A stretch of DNA of 64,000 bases from positions 133,238,001-133,302,000 of the forward strand of contig OZ024745.1 of NCBI GenBank assembly GCA_964016885.1, in the 5' to 3' direction. Below the pieces are notes generated by a model, which saw nothing but the letters and a program-made list of their open reading frames with translations, made no database searches and had not been told where the DNA came from. A program made the translations under genes and the position numbers. Below are positions 28,945 to 39,640 of the stretch, in pieces. Every line of letters starts with the position of its first letter. The stretch's first letter is position 1. The DNA is from Eledone cirrhosa (lineage: Eukaryota).

Positions 28945-29131
28945 TGTTTCTACTTTTGGCACAAGGCCAGCAACTACCCAGTGCATTACTGGTACTTTAT
29001 TTTATCGACCCCGTAAGGATGAAAGGCAAAGTTAACCTCGGCGGTATTTGAACTCAGAATGGCAAGGGTCGTAACACTATGCGTCAAAGCATGGCGTCCG
29101 ACCCTCTACCGATACTGCCAATCCACCACCC
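28945..29131 (-). mobile_element. SINE inserted at the PLE stop codon with a 10-bp target-site duplication
   Basis: Family core present; TGCATATAAT at 28935-28944 and 29132-29141. Confidence 0.9.
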
Positions 29132-29550
29132 TGCATATAATGTTACCTTTTTACACCAACGTTTGCAAATTTCTGTCTTATATGTTTATACACTAGATAT
29201 GGCTTTCTATAATAATAGTACTAAACACTGTTTTTCTGGACCCCTTTAGAAATAACCTGCTACTATAATAGCCCTAATAACTTGTCTGTGACACTGTACC
29301 ACTTTGACCCCTCTAACTAAATTTTGTCCGAACAACACCACTAGAAGAATCTACTTCCCAGCCAACCTTAGCACGCCTCATTAAGCTAACTGCTGCCAAT
29401 ACATTCTCTCTTCACAATCTCTACTAGTCTGACAGTCTTAAACCCTAAGACTCCCTCCACCTTACTCACTTCCCTCTTCCCCTTCTCTTCCTACCTCCTT
29501 CTTTATCTTTTATCTAGTGTATAAAATATTTTCATATCATTCTAATACAA

Positions 29551-29667
29551 AGGTCTGATGACATGGTGTGTTGGCTTACAGTGTACTTTCGGTTTATGAT
29601 AATATTTGTGTATTATTCAAATAGCGAAGTATAGGTAACTCATACACTATAGAAACAATTGTTACCT
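29551..29667 (+). ncRNA. Type-I HHR with a roughly 90-nt helix II domain
   Basis: AGGT-CTGATGA-c-ATGGTGTG-[~70 nt]-TACACTAT-a-GAAAC-aatt-GTT-ACCT. Confidence 0.7.
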
Positions 29668-29711
29668 AATAAATTCTATATACCCGCATTTCCATTTCGT
29701 AAATTTTTTCT

Positions 29712-29802
<91 letters not shown>

Positions 29803-29804
<2 letters not shown>

Positions 29805-31485
29805 GGAACCAGTAAGACCCCGACGGCTGAGCTCAAGCCGTCTCGACGGCTAATTCTGGACTAAATGAAAATTTATCCTGGTATTTAAATAGCCGAGCTT
29901 CTCAAGGGGTAATTCCATATATGGTCAAAGTGATAGTCACAAGGATTGGTCACAAGTTAGTAGTAATTCTGTGATGGCAAATAAGTGGGGGAAGGGGTAG
30001 CTAAACCTGCCAGTAGGAGAAAAAGGGGAGGGGGTGGAGTAGACCCATTCATGCGTTGGTGGTGCCGGCTACAGCTGGGCGTGAGGTCAAAGAAGATACT
30101 AGGGAGGGGGAGGGGGTGGAAGTCGAAACGGTGAGTAGAACAATGAAGGGTAAAAATATACTGAGAGTGAAGCGAATAAATGTAAAGAAAAAAAAAAGCA
30201 ATTTCTACGACCTAAGTCTCTGGCTAATGCTAGGCTAAAGAAATAAATAAATAAATAAATGAATAAATAGATAAAGAAATAAAATATAATAAATAAATAA
30301 ACTAGGTGGGACGGAATAGGAAAGGACCCTTTTAAGGGGTATAAGTACGTATATCATACAGTGACGGGTCAACAAAGGGGGGCCAAAATACTAAAGAAAC
30401 TACCACGAAATAATTAATAAAGGTGTCTACCCCGGCACAAGGCCAGCAACCACCCAGTACAGAAAAGTAAACTAGTACGAAATAATAATTCAGACTCCCG
30501 AAAAAATATACTAATGCTAACTCTAAGGGTACCGCCACGCTACAAAAGTTCTTATACAAGCTACATGAAAGTTCGTACGAAGTAAAAGTAGAATACGGAA
30601 AATTAATTCAGAATTCACCCCGCCCAAAAGAAAAGAGAAGAAAGAAAAACTGAATAAACGAGAAATAAAGCAGAGATGCCACTAAGAAATATAGAAGGCA
30701 CGGAAAAAAGGGGGAGCGGTCGGATAAGGGGGCAAGTATCCGAGGTCTAACACAACTGCTATAGAAAGCGGAGTATGTCAAATCTAACATAGACTATGGG
30801 AGGGGGTGGGGGTATTGAGGCTACAAGAGGCCGAGGGGCTACCTCGGGTGGGCGAGAAAAAGACGCCGACAAAGAAAAAGAACTGGGGTAGAAGGACTAG
30901 GGAGGAATGGGGGAAGAAGGAAATATACAGGAAGCGATAAAAGAATATAAAAGAAGATCTTACGTCTCCCTTGGCAAGCAGGGGTTACCCATTACAAAAT
31001 CGGCAAGTGGGGTGTTATAGCCCTAGTCTACCCCCCCCCCGTGTCATTATGGGGTTTGAGGGCGAGGTAAGTCCTACGCAATCTGTGTTTACATGCAGTA
31101 ACCAGTTCATCTTTCTTGTTTAGGAGTTGGTCCGTTGAAAACAGCATTTGGGTCTACGCATGAATGGGTCTACTCCACCCCTCCCCTTTTTCTCCTAATG
31201 GCAGGTTTAGCTACCCCTTCCCCCACTAATTTGCCATCACAGAATTACTACTAACTTGTGACCAATCCTTGTGATAATCACTTTGACCATATATGGAATT
31301 ACCCCTTGAGAAGCTTGGCTATTTAAATACCAGGATAAATTTTCATTTAGTCCAGAATTAGCCGTCGAAACGGCTTGAGCTCAGCCGTCGGGGTCTTACT
31401 GGTTCCTATTACCCATTCTACTACTTTAAGTATTGAGTACTTTGGTACGTTATGGTCCACCTGGTTCCTTACCACGTTTCCTTCG

Positions 31486-31490
<5 letters not shown>
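29803..31490 (+). mobile_element. PLE terminal region with inverted pLTR arms (29803-30055 vs 31157-31409)
   Basis: About 250-bp inverted repeat with high identity and (TA)n at both ends; each arm carries a variant HHR. Confidence 0.8.
31301..31394 (+). ncRNA. Type-I HHR with U3-A8 variant core (inverted copy at 29817-29910 has GAAA>GAGA)
   Basis: ACCCC-TTGAGAA-gct-TGGCTA-[~37 nt]-TAGCCG-tc-GAAAC-GGCT-tgagctc-AGCC-GTC-GGGGT. Confidence 0.75.
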
Positions 31491-31534
<44 letters not shown>

Positions 31535-31539
<5 letters not shown>

Positions 31540-32858
31540 ATACTTTGGGAGGGTCATGTTGCCAATAAGAAACACACGCACCAGTTGCTTTCACTTCAAT
31601 TTATTATAATAAATTTATAAATTTAGGAATTTATAAATTTCCCGTTGGTTGGTTGGTTCCACAACCGGATGATTGTTTATATATTGTCAAAGTCCTTTCG
31701 TCACACATTCTGTGACCTCTTCAGTGACTGGGGATTCTTTTCTTTGTTTTTGTGCCTCTCCGTTGTACTGTCCTACGCCATCTTGTTTTTGTGTGTGTTT
31801 ATATTTGTTTATTTATTTGTTTATTTACATGTTACTGGTTGGTTGTTTGTTCTATGTGCGTGTGTGTTTTCATTTTGTCCTTAATTGTAAGTTGTGATGT
31901 TGCTGTTCCATTCATGTTTTCTATTTAATTTTGGTTGGAGTTCATTTATGTTTATTGCCTCTGTGATTTGACTAAACATTGCGTCTTTTCTGTGTGTAGA
32001 TTCTATTTTTATTTCTATGTTCTCTAATTTACCCTTATGTTCTATTTTAGCATGTTGGTAGAGTATAGATGATACTTTACTATCTTGAAGGTCTCGCCAG
32101 TGTTCATATATCCGTTCCCCTATACTATGAGCTGTCTCACCTATGTACACTATATTCTTATCTCTACATTGTCCTTCAGTACATCTTATGCTATATACTA
32201 CATTTCTAGTTTTACAGTTAATATGGGGGCTTATTTACAGATTATACATTTCTTGTCTATACAGGGAGGTCTTTGAAAAGGGTATGTATTGCTAATAAGT
32301 GTTTTTATGGAGGTACCTGGTCTTTCTACTATCTTAATATTGAGTTTATGTTTATCTAAATTTGTAAGCTAATTCACCTCTAGGGGTTGTATCGATCAAC
32401 ATTACACTCTGGTATTTATTGCTATCATAACATGAGTTCATTCTATTAACCTTATTCCTAGTTCTTTCTATTCTATTCTAAAATTTGCTCCTATACAAGG
32501 GGCAGGTCCCATTTGTGTCATTATTTACCATTTTTTTCCCATTTGGTTCTGTTTCCTCTATATACTATGATTTTATCTCTCTGATTGTAACCAGAGAACT
32601 GCATACGGTGGATGAAGTGTTGTATGTGTCTCTCTAGTTCTTTGGGGTTGCACATGTGGGACACGTTGCTCATCACCCGTACCAAATCCGCAATCAGTAT
32701 GTTGATTTTGGTATGGTCCGAAACAGCTGAGATTCGGTGGATCAGATATTTGGAAGTCGTGGGTTTGGCATAATGGGAATGGAGGATTTGTTTTTTGTTA
32801 TTGATGGTATCTACATACGTTTTCTGATAAAGAATCTTGCTAAACAAATTCAGAAACG

Positions 32859-32862
<4 letters not shown>
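31535..32862 (-). mobile_element. 5'-truncated PLE (RT thumb, Cys-rich linker, GIY-YIG, pLTR)
   Basis: HYAKPTTSKYLIHRISA..K.NIL..LVRVM..MQFSGY; YIGETAHSIGERIYEH..LYQHAKIEH..QITEAININELQPKLNRKHEW; (TA)n at both ends. Confidence 0.88.
31686..31728 (-). ncRNA. Minimal type-I HHR
   Basis: Minus strand GTCA-CTGAAGA-g-GTCAC-agaatgt-GTGAC-GAAAG-ga-CTT-TGAC. Confidence 0.8.
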
Positions 32863-32917
<55 letters not shown>

Positions 32918-32944
32918 ATGATACGAAACGAAAGAAATATATAT

Positions 32945-33172
32945 GTATGTAAAAGGTAAACAGAAATAACAACACAATCGGTACAGTATATGGAGGGATA
33001 TATTAGGTTAACGCTTGATATTGCAGGAAGAGGGTCTTAACGTTTCGTACGCTAGTCCTTCATCAGCAAAAGGAATGAGAAATAAGATATATTGAGGGGA
33101 CGGGCGGGATGTAATTGGAAAAAATGTCTTTAGATAAAAAAAAAAAACACGTCCATTAATGTTGACATCTGT
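32945..33172 (-). mobile_element. PLE pLTR fragment (family of 5780-6010) with HHR motif at 33036-33070
   Basis: Matches 5782-5980; minus strand CTGATGA-a-GGA-ctagcg-TAC-GAAA-cg-TT. Confidence 0.75.
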
Positions 33173-33204
33173 CTTTCTCTCTCTCTATATATATATATAT
33201 AATA

Positions 33205-33475
33205 AATGTATCTGAGTTTTTCGAATATTAATGATAACATTCGAACGTTCGTAATTATGCAAACAGCATCTATTATAAGCCATATCAGGAGAATGAGCCC
33301 TTCATTCTTGCTCTTGTGTTAACATGCAAAGCAGTTCTGTTTGCATGTTTGCATGCTAACACAAGAGGGAGAATGAAGGGCTCATTCTCCTGACATGGTT
33401 TATAAAAGAGGCTGTTTGCATAATTGCAAACGATCGAATATTGTTATTAACATTCGAAAAACACTGATTACACTA
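33205..33475. mobile_element. Palindromic foldback MITE
   Basis: About 125-bp imperfect inverted arms (tttttcgaat..tatgcaaacagc..caggagaatgagcccttcattct / agaatgaagggctcattctcctg..gctgtttgcata..attcgaaaaa); TA-rich flanks. Confidence 0.8.
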
Positions 33476-33826
33476 TATATATATATATAAGCGTATAGAT
33501 ACAAGTATAGATACATACATACAGGGTGTCCAACTTATACCGAGTTTTGTTCAATGAGATAGTTAATAAAATAAACAGATTCAGAGCCTAATAATATCTT
33601 GTATCGAAAAAGCAAACAGGTTAAGAAAAAAATCTTTCCCTATTCACTTTAATGTCTCTACTGCAGTCTCATTAGGAAAATAACTGTATTCCGAATGGAA
33701 TATCGTGAGAAATCCCAAATCATCAGGAGAGTTTCTCAGTCCAGAAATAAACTTTCAGAAAGGAATTCCCAATCGTTCGCTGTCAGTGAACATTTTAAAA
33801 TGTCGAATGAGAGCATTATCGGTGAG

Positions 33827-33869
33827 ACCGAGCTGAAGATCCCCTTAAAGTGAAACAATTGTTCTCGGT
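33827..33869 (+). ncRNA. HHR motif (family of 23030), helix II degenerate
   Basis: ACCGAG-CTGAAGA-tccccttaaagt-GAAAC-aatt-GTT-CTCGGT. Confidence 0.65.
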
Positions 33870-34625
33870 ATGGTGAACTAACCGTTGTGGAACTACTTAT
33901 ACCAAATTCATCCCATGTACTAAGTGCTCTACTACTACAGATAGTGAGGTTTTTGTACAAATTTTAAAAAAAAACGAGGTGTCCTACACGAGTGAAATTA
34001 TAAGAAAAAAATATGAAATCGAAAATGCAACTGGAGTCGTTTTTGTTAAATATATATATATAAATCCTCCCTGTTCGAGTCATGGTAGCTGAGTCAATTC
34101 CCAGGATTAATTGATCCAGGAGCACATACTGACATTTTATAATAAAATCTACTGTACCTTATAAGATAATATTAACTATTTTAAGGGAACCATTGTGTTA
34201 TGAAGTTTGATGTGACTGTTATCCTGAGAAGTCATATGCAGCTAGATCTATATTCACACACATTAACTCTCCCCGTACACACACAAATACCCACTCACAT
34301 ACAGAGCACACGTGACGTCTGGTCAGGTTTTCAGAGGGCAAAAACCTGGCAGTTGATGAAAGACCTTACTCCATTGAGACCGATTAGTTGTATTTACTGT
34401 CTACCATTAAATATCTGGAGAGAAACATGAGGAGGAAATGAGTAGCTCAGTCTAAATCGATTTAGTATTTGTCATATTAGACAGATTCACACACACACAC
34501 ACACGCACACACGCACGCACACACACACACACACACACATGTACACGCACACACACACACACATACACAGCCACACACCTACACACGCATACACACACAA
34601 ACACACATACACGCATACACACACA

Positions 34626-34674
<49 letters not shown>

Positions 34675-35846
34675 TCCCGACCTCACAGAAAGTTAAGCAG
34701 ATATAAATATTACTTTTTAAAAGAGGAAAGGGAGGGTAAATCGAGAAGTTTGGCGAGAAATGGAAATTTAGGGATTTTTGGTCACAATGTTCCTCTCGCA
34801 ATCAGAAATGCGCACACATCCGCGCTTCTAACCAGGCAATGTCTATTATTACAATAAAAACACTATATAAAAATACAGTGGTAACAACAACAATAACAAA
34901 AGCAATTGTAAATGTAATAATATTATGAATGCCGATTACTGGCTCGCCATGTAAAATTTTAAATAATTGCACATCACGAAAACAAAAAGTTAACCAGAAA
35001 AGGAAGAAAAATATGCTGGACTAACCCTCCCAAAAAAACTGTGACATGTCATTATCATACGAAATACTTTCTTGATATTGGAAACACGTGCCAAAGATGA
35101 AATCAGTGTTTGAAGACCAACACTTAGATGGAGAGATCTTAGAAGCCTCGAAAACAACGACTAAAATAACAAATCTAAAGGGAAAAAAAATGTTTGTTTT
35201 TTAAGAGGATTATAGGGAAGAATGTGTAGAAAAAAAGAAGCCGAACTGATTGAACTCAGAACCACTACATGATGAAATTAAGATAATCCAAGAACTCTTT
35301 TATATCTAAATAGTTAATATCTAAGTGCGTTGCAGGAAATGATAAGAAAATATACAAATACGTCTATTCCGTTTACTAATACATTACTTTCCTCTAATTA
35401 ACCATACAGACTGGTATACGCTTTTTCCCACCTCTTGTCTTTAATTTTATTTTTACCTTCTTTTTCATATTTCTGTCATTGTGTAACTTCTTTCTGTTAA
35501 GTAGAGTTGACGCAATGTACGACAGTAAGTAGCATCAACGAATGAGATGAAACCAAGATAATCCGGTAGATGACTTTTTTTCTCTAACCGTCTACATGGT
35601 ATATGTGAAGAAATCGATCAATGCTCTGTTACTCATGGTATGTGCTATGATAACGTATACATTTATTTTATGTATATATATATATATATATATAGTTAAA
35701 AGAATAGAGGTGTAACACACAAGTTATTATATATTGGTAAATGGAATAGAAAATGCTGACAAATTGTTCACAGTTGAAAAATGGTTTAATTAGGAATAAA
35801 AGAGTATTAGTGATTGTATGGGTTAGTATTCAGTTGTGGTTTTAAG

Positions 35847-35885
35847 TTTTTACCGGTTGCGCATTTCTAAATGCTTTTCAAAAAT
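35847..35885 (-). ncRNA. U3-A8 variant HHR with GAAA mutated to GCAA
   Basis: Minus strand ttt-TTGAAAA-GCATT-taga-AATGC-GcAA-CCGG-TA-aaa. Confidence 0.55.
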
Positions 35886-35954
35886 AATTTTGAGATAGAG
35901 TGTCCGTGCTGTTTGCTCTGATCTATATCTATATATATATATATACATATATAT

Positions 35955-36492
<538 letters not shown>

Positions 36493-36493
36493 A

Positions 36494-36525
<32 letters not shown>

Positions 36526-36527
36526 GA

Positions 36528-37290
36528 TAGATAGATAATTTAATATATCTACTAACATAAGCGCGGAGACTCGGCTGAGAATGACCTCCCTGATGACGCA
36601 ATGAAATTCTCAACAGTTCATTACGTAACTGTCTTTATCCCATTGCAGAAAGTAATTAGTTGGAGTGAAAATTTAAGTAAGTAAGTTAATTTTAAAAAAA
36701 AAATTTTTTTTAGAAATGTTCTTATTTTACGTCTTTTATATTATTGTTCTGCATTCTCCTGCATTGAACCACCTAGGTACTATGACATAACCTATGTATT
36801 TGCTGGCATTAGCGTACATCTGTGCGCTTATGTTAGTAGATATATTAAATTATCTATATTTATCTCCAAATCACTGATTTGTCGAGCAAACCTGCTTAAA
36901 CCACTTCTAAAAAATGTTTTGGGGGGTGTTAGTAGGCGTCTGTCATCTTACCATCCCATTCCTACTGACTAGCCTCTGTGTCACGTGATTGATTCTTTAG
37001 AATCGGCCATATGATCAGTGGCAGTGAGAATTTTCAGTAGCTGGAATCCAGTCCTCGATAGCTGTTCCAGTTACCGAATTATTATTATTTTTATATGAGT
37101 CCCCAGTGTCCGCGCATTGCCTGGAGACTCGGCTGAGAATGACCTCCCTGATGACGCAATGAAATTCTCAACAGTTCATTTCGTAATTGTCTTTATCCCA
37201 TTGCAGAAACTAATTAGTTGGAGTGAAAATTTAAGTAAGTAAGTTAATTTAAAAAAAAAAAAATTTTTTAAGAAATTTTCTTATTTTACG

Positions 37291-37298
<8 letters not shown>
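36528..37298 (+). repeat. Partial tandem duplication with a short 5' inversion, in (TA)n
   Basis: 36565-36740 repeats at 37123-37298; 36531-36564 is the reverse complement of 36825-36858. Confidence 0.8.
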
Positions 37299-37334
<36 letters not shown>

Positions 37335-37595
37335 TTTCTAACATGGATGTAGTGTGACCCTTACGCTGACTTCTTTCTCCCTTTCTTTATTTCTTCCCCT
37401 TTTTCTTTGACGGAGAGGTGGTAGTGCATTATAAGCCTTCTCCCCCTCACCATATGTTCATCAGTAGATTCAGTTGCCACCACTTTGAGGGCGACTGTCC
37501 GAGATAAAGGCAGCTAGTTGGTCAATTGTCCTCTTTGTCTCTGACTCTGATTTTTCGGACCCATGGTTTTTTACATATTCCTTTGTTATATTCCA

Positions 37596-37653
37596 ATACC
37601 TGATGATATCACCGGATTCATATGGAACCCGGTCATTGAAATGATCATAGTAT
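37596..37653 (+). ncRNA. Type-I HHR with palindromic helix III
   Basis: ATAC-CTGATGA-t-ATcACCGG-attcatatggaac-CCGGTcAT-t-GAAA-TGATCA-TA-GTAT, ending about 60 nt before (TA)n. Confidence 0.8.
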
Positions 37654-37708
37654 AATAAACCTTTCAACGATTTACACCAGTCCAGCCTCTTGTTATTTTA
37701 TTTTATTT

Positions 37709-37789
<81 letters not shown>

Positions 37790-37858
37790 AAGTAAATGTG
37801 AAGACTAAAATCCGAAGAGGGTTCTATAAGGATTATATATATATATGAAATAAATGTT

Positions 37859-38965
37859 CTAGCATCCGTCTGTTTCAGGAGAAAATGCGCCATGGAAGTC
37901 AGTCTGTGGTGGAACTGCAGCGCCGGCTGTGGCTGTAGAACCCGATTCTCGAACGACAGGTCCTGTTGCAGTTGCTGTATGTGAAGACGATGTCAACCAA
38001 GGAGCTAACTCCGCTCTCTGCCGTTTGTGTGTTATAGGTTCTTCCCACTGTTCCTCTCTCCTTCGATGTCTTAATGGCCGACTTGATGGCAAGTTGCCAG
38101 CTGCTGCGGTCAGCTGCCACCACTCCAAGGCCAGCTGGTACAATACCTTCCGCCTAGTGCCCCGCTTGCACATGTCTTTATAGCGGAGTATGGGCCTCCT
38201 TGTGGATCTGGAACCAGTGGTAGGCTCGCCATACGAAATGCCTTTGGGTATTCTGCCATCCTGCATGCGGCTAACATGGCCAAGCAAAAGCCGGGCAAAC
38301 ATGCAGAGATTTTCCTGCCCGTGCTAAGACATCCTTGTAAGGGACGTGGTCCTGCCATGAAATAGCGAGAATCCTCCTGGGGTAGCATAGATGAAAGGTG
38401 CTGAGCCTGCGTACTTGGTAGGAGTATGAAGGCCAGGCCTCACCTCCATACAGCAGTGTACGCAGCACGCCGGGTTGGTGCAGTTTGATCTTTGTCTTGA
38501 TGGTTAGCATGGATTTTTCCCACATTCTGTTAGTGGAGATGGTGGAGCCTAGGTATGTGATGTCTTCCACCATGGCAAGGGTACATCATGACGATGGAGG
38601 TGCAGGGAATCGAGATCACATCTTGGCCCAGAATGTTGTTTTTTTATGCTGAACGTGAGGCCTAAGTCTTTGCATGCAAGAGCGAAATGGCTGATAAGCT
38701 CTTGGAGGGCAGCCTCAGTGTGTGCCGGCAGGGCAGCCTCGTCGGCAAACAACATCTCACGAATGAGGACTTTTCCTCCCTTCGCCTTCGCACGGAGGCG
38801 TGCGAAGTTGAACAGGCTGCTGTCGGTTCTGGTGTGAAAGGAGACACGCTCTTCTGATTGACCAAAGGCGGAGCAGCAGGGAGAACAGGGTGTGGGGGCG
38901 AGAACACACCCCTGTTTCACTCTGCCTTTGATGGGGAAGGGGTCCGAAAAGAAGCTATCGTGCTG
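37859..38965 (-). mobile_element. RTE-clade LINE, RT to 3' end, frameshifted
   Basis: VKQGCVLAPT, IREMLFADEAAL.AHTEAALQ, TLLYGGEAW, LGHVSRMQDGRIPK..YGE, CRSRIGFYSHSRRC. Confidence 0.9.
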
Positions 38966-39113
38966 GATGTAAGGATTTAAAATATATATAAATCTAAAAA
39001 AAATATATATATGAAGTATTTCTGTATGAAGAGTAAAGGAAAGGAGATGAACTATGTATGCTACAGAGCTATTCAATTATGTAATAATTATGGAATAATT
39101 ATCTTATGTTGTT

Positions 39114-39211
<98 letters not shown>

Positions 39212-39336
39212 AGAAATAATGCAAAACAAAATACGGATGCAAAAATACAGTCTTATTAGGATGACTGTTAGGAGGAAGTGGATGAGTGTTCGGCGCTTCG
39301 GACGGAAGTCCTTTGAATATATATATATATATATAT

Positions 39337-39530
39337 AGGAACGAGTAGGACCCGGTCGGCTGAGCTCAAGCCGTTTCGACGGCTAATTCAGTCCAGAATT
39401 AGCCGTCGAAACGGCTTGAGCTCAGCGGTCGGGGTCCTACTCGTTCCTATTACCCACTCTACTACCCTAAGTATTGAGTACTTTGGTGCGTTATGGTCCA
39501 CCTGGTTCCTTACCACATTTCCTTCATTAT
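39337..39530. mobile_element. Inverted PLE pLTR fragment pair (family of 31301)
   Basis: 39337-39389 is inverted relative to 39396-39449; continues into the family tail and (TA)n. Confidence 0.8.
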
Positions 39531-39640
39531 ATATATATATATATGTGTGTGTGTGTAGGAGGTGAGTTTTATTGTACCACAATAAAGCAATGCAAATATC
39601 GGATAAGTACCACTCAACAGTTTATAGGACTGGAGTATAA

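Larger units (their letters stand above)
26816..29715 (+). mobile_element. Near-complete PLE (RT + C-terminal GIY-YIG), resembling the Hydra clade, with 3' HHR and (TA)n terminus
   Basis: Two overlapping ORFs (26816-27772, 27741-28943): KADKT, LKDHK, FDIDEYYSSI, FDITMGSNDSAEV, GIYRDD, NFLDVTF, CNC..CPLNNQC, IVYRC..YVGCT..FKARLYQH, CKLCNLE, CNHR. Pyrimidine-rich 3' UTR. Confidence 0.9.

Noticed and set aside
33521-33700. Tc1/mariner-like terminus tacagggtgtcc
   Set aside because: No matching second TIR or transposase found.
36590-36612. CTGATGA..GAAA as a canonical hammerhead (also about 37148)
   Set aside because: Helix II (cgcaat) cannot pair and there is no valid UH site, so it is not listed as an HHR feature; kept only as a low-certainty finding.
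39284-39316. HHR-like hairpin GGAC-ttcc-GTCC-GAAG on the minus strand
   Set aside because: CUGANGA is absent and GAAA is mutated; at best a truncated remnant.
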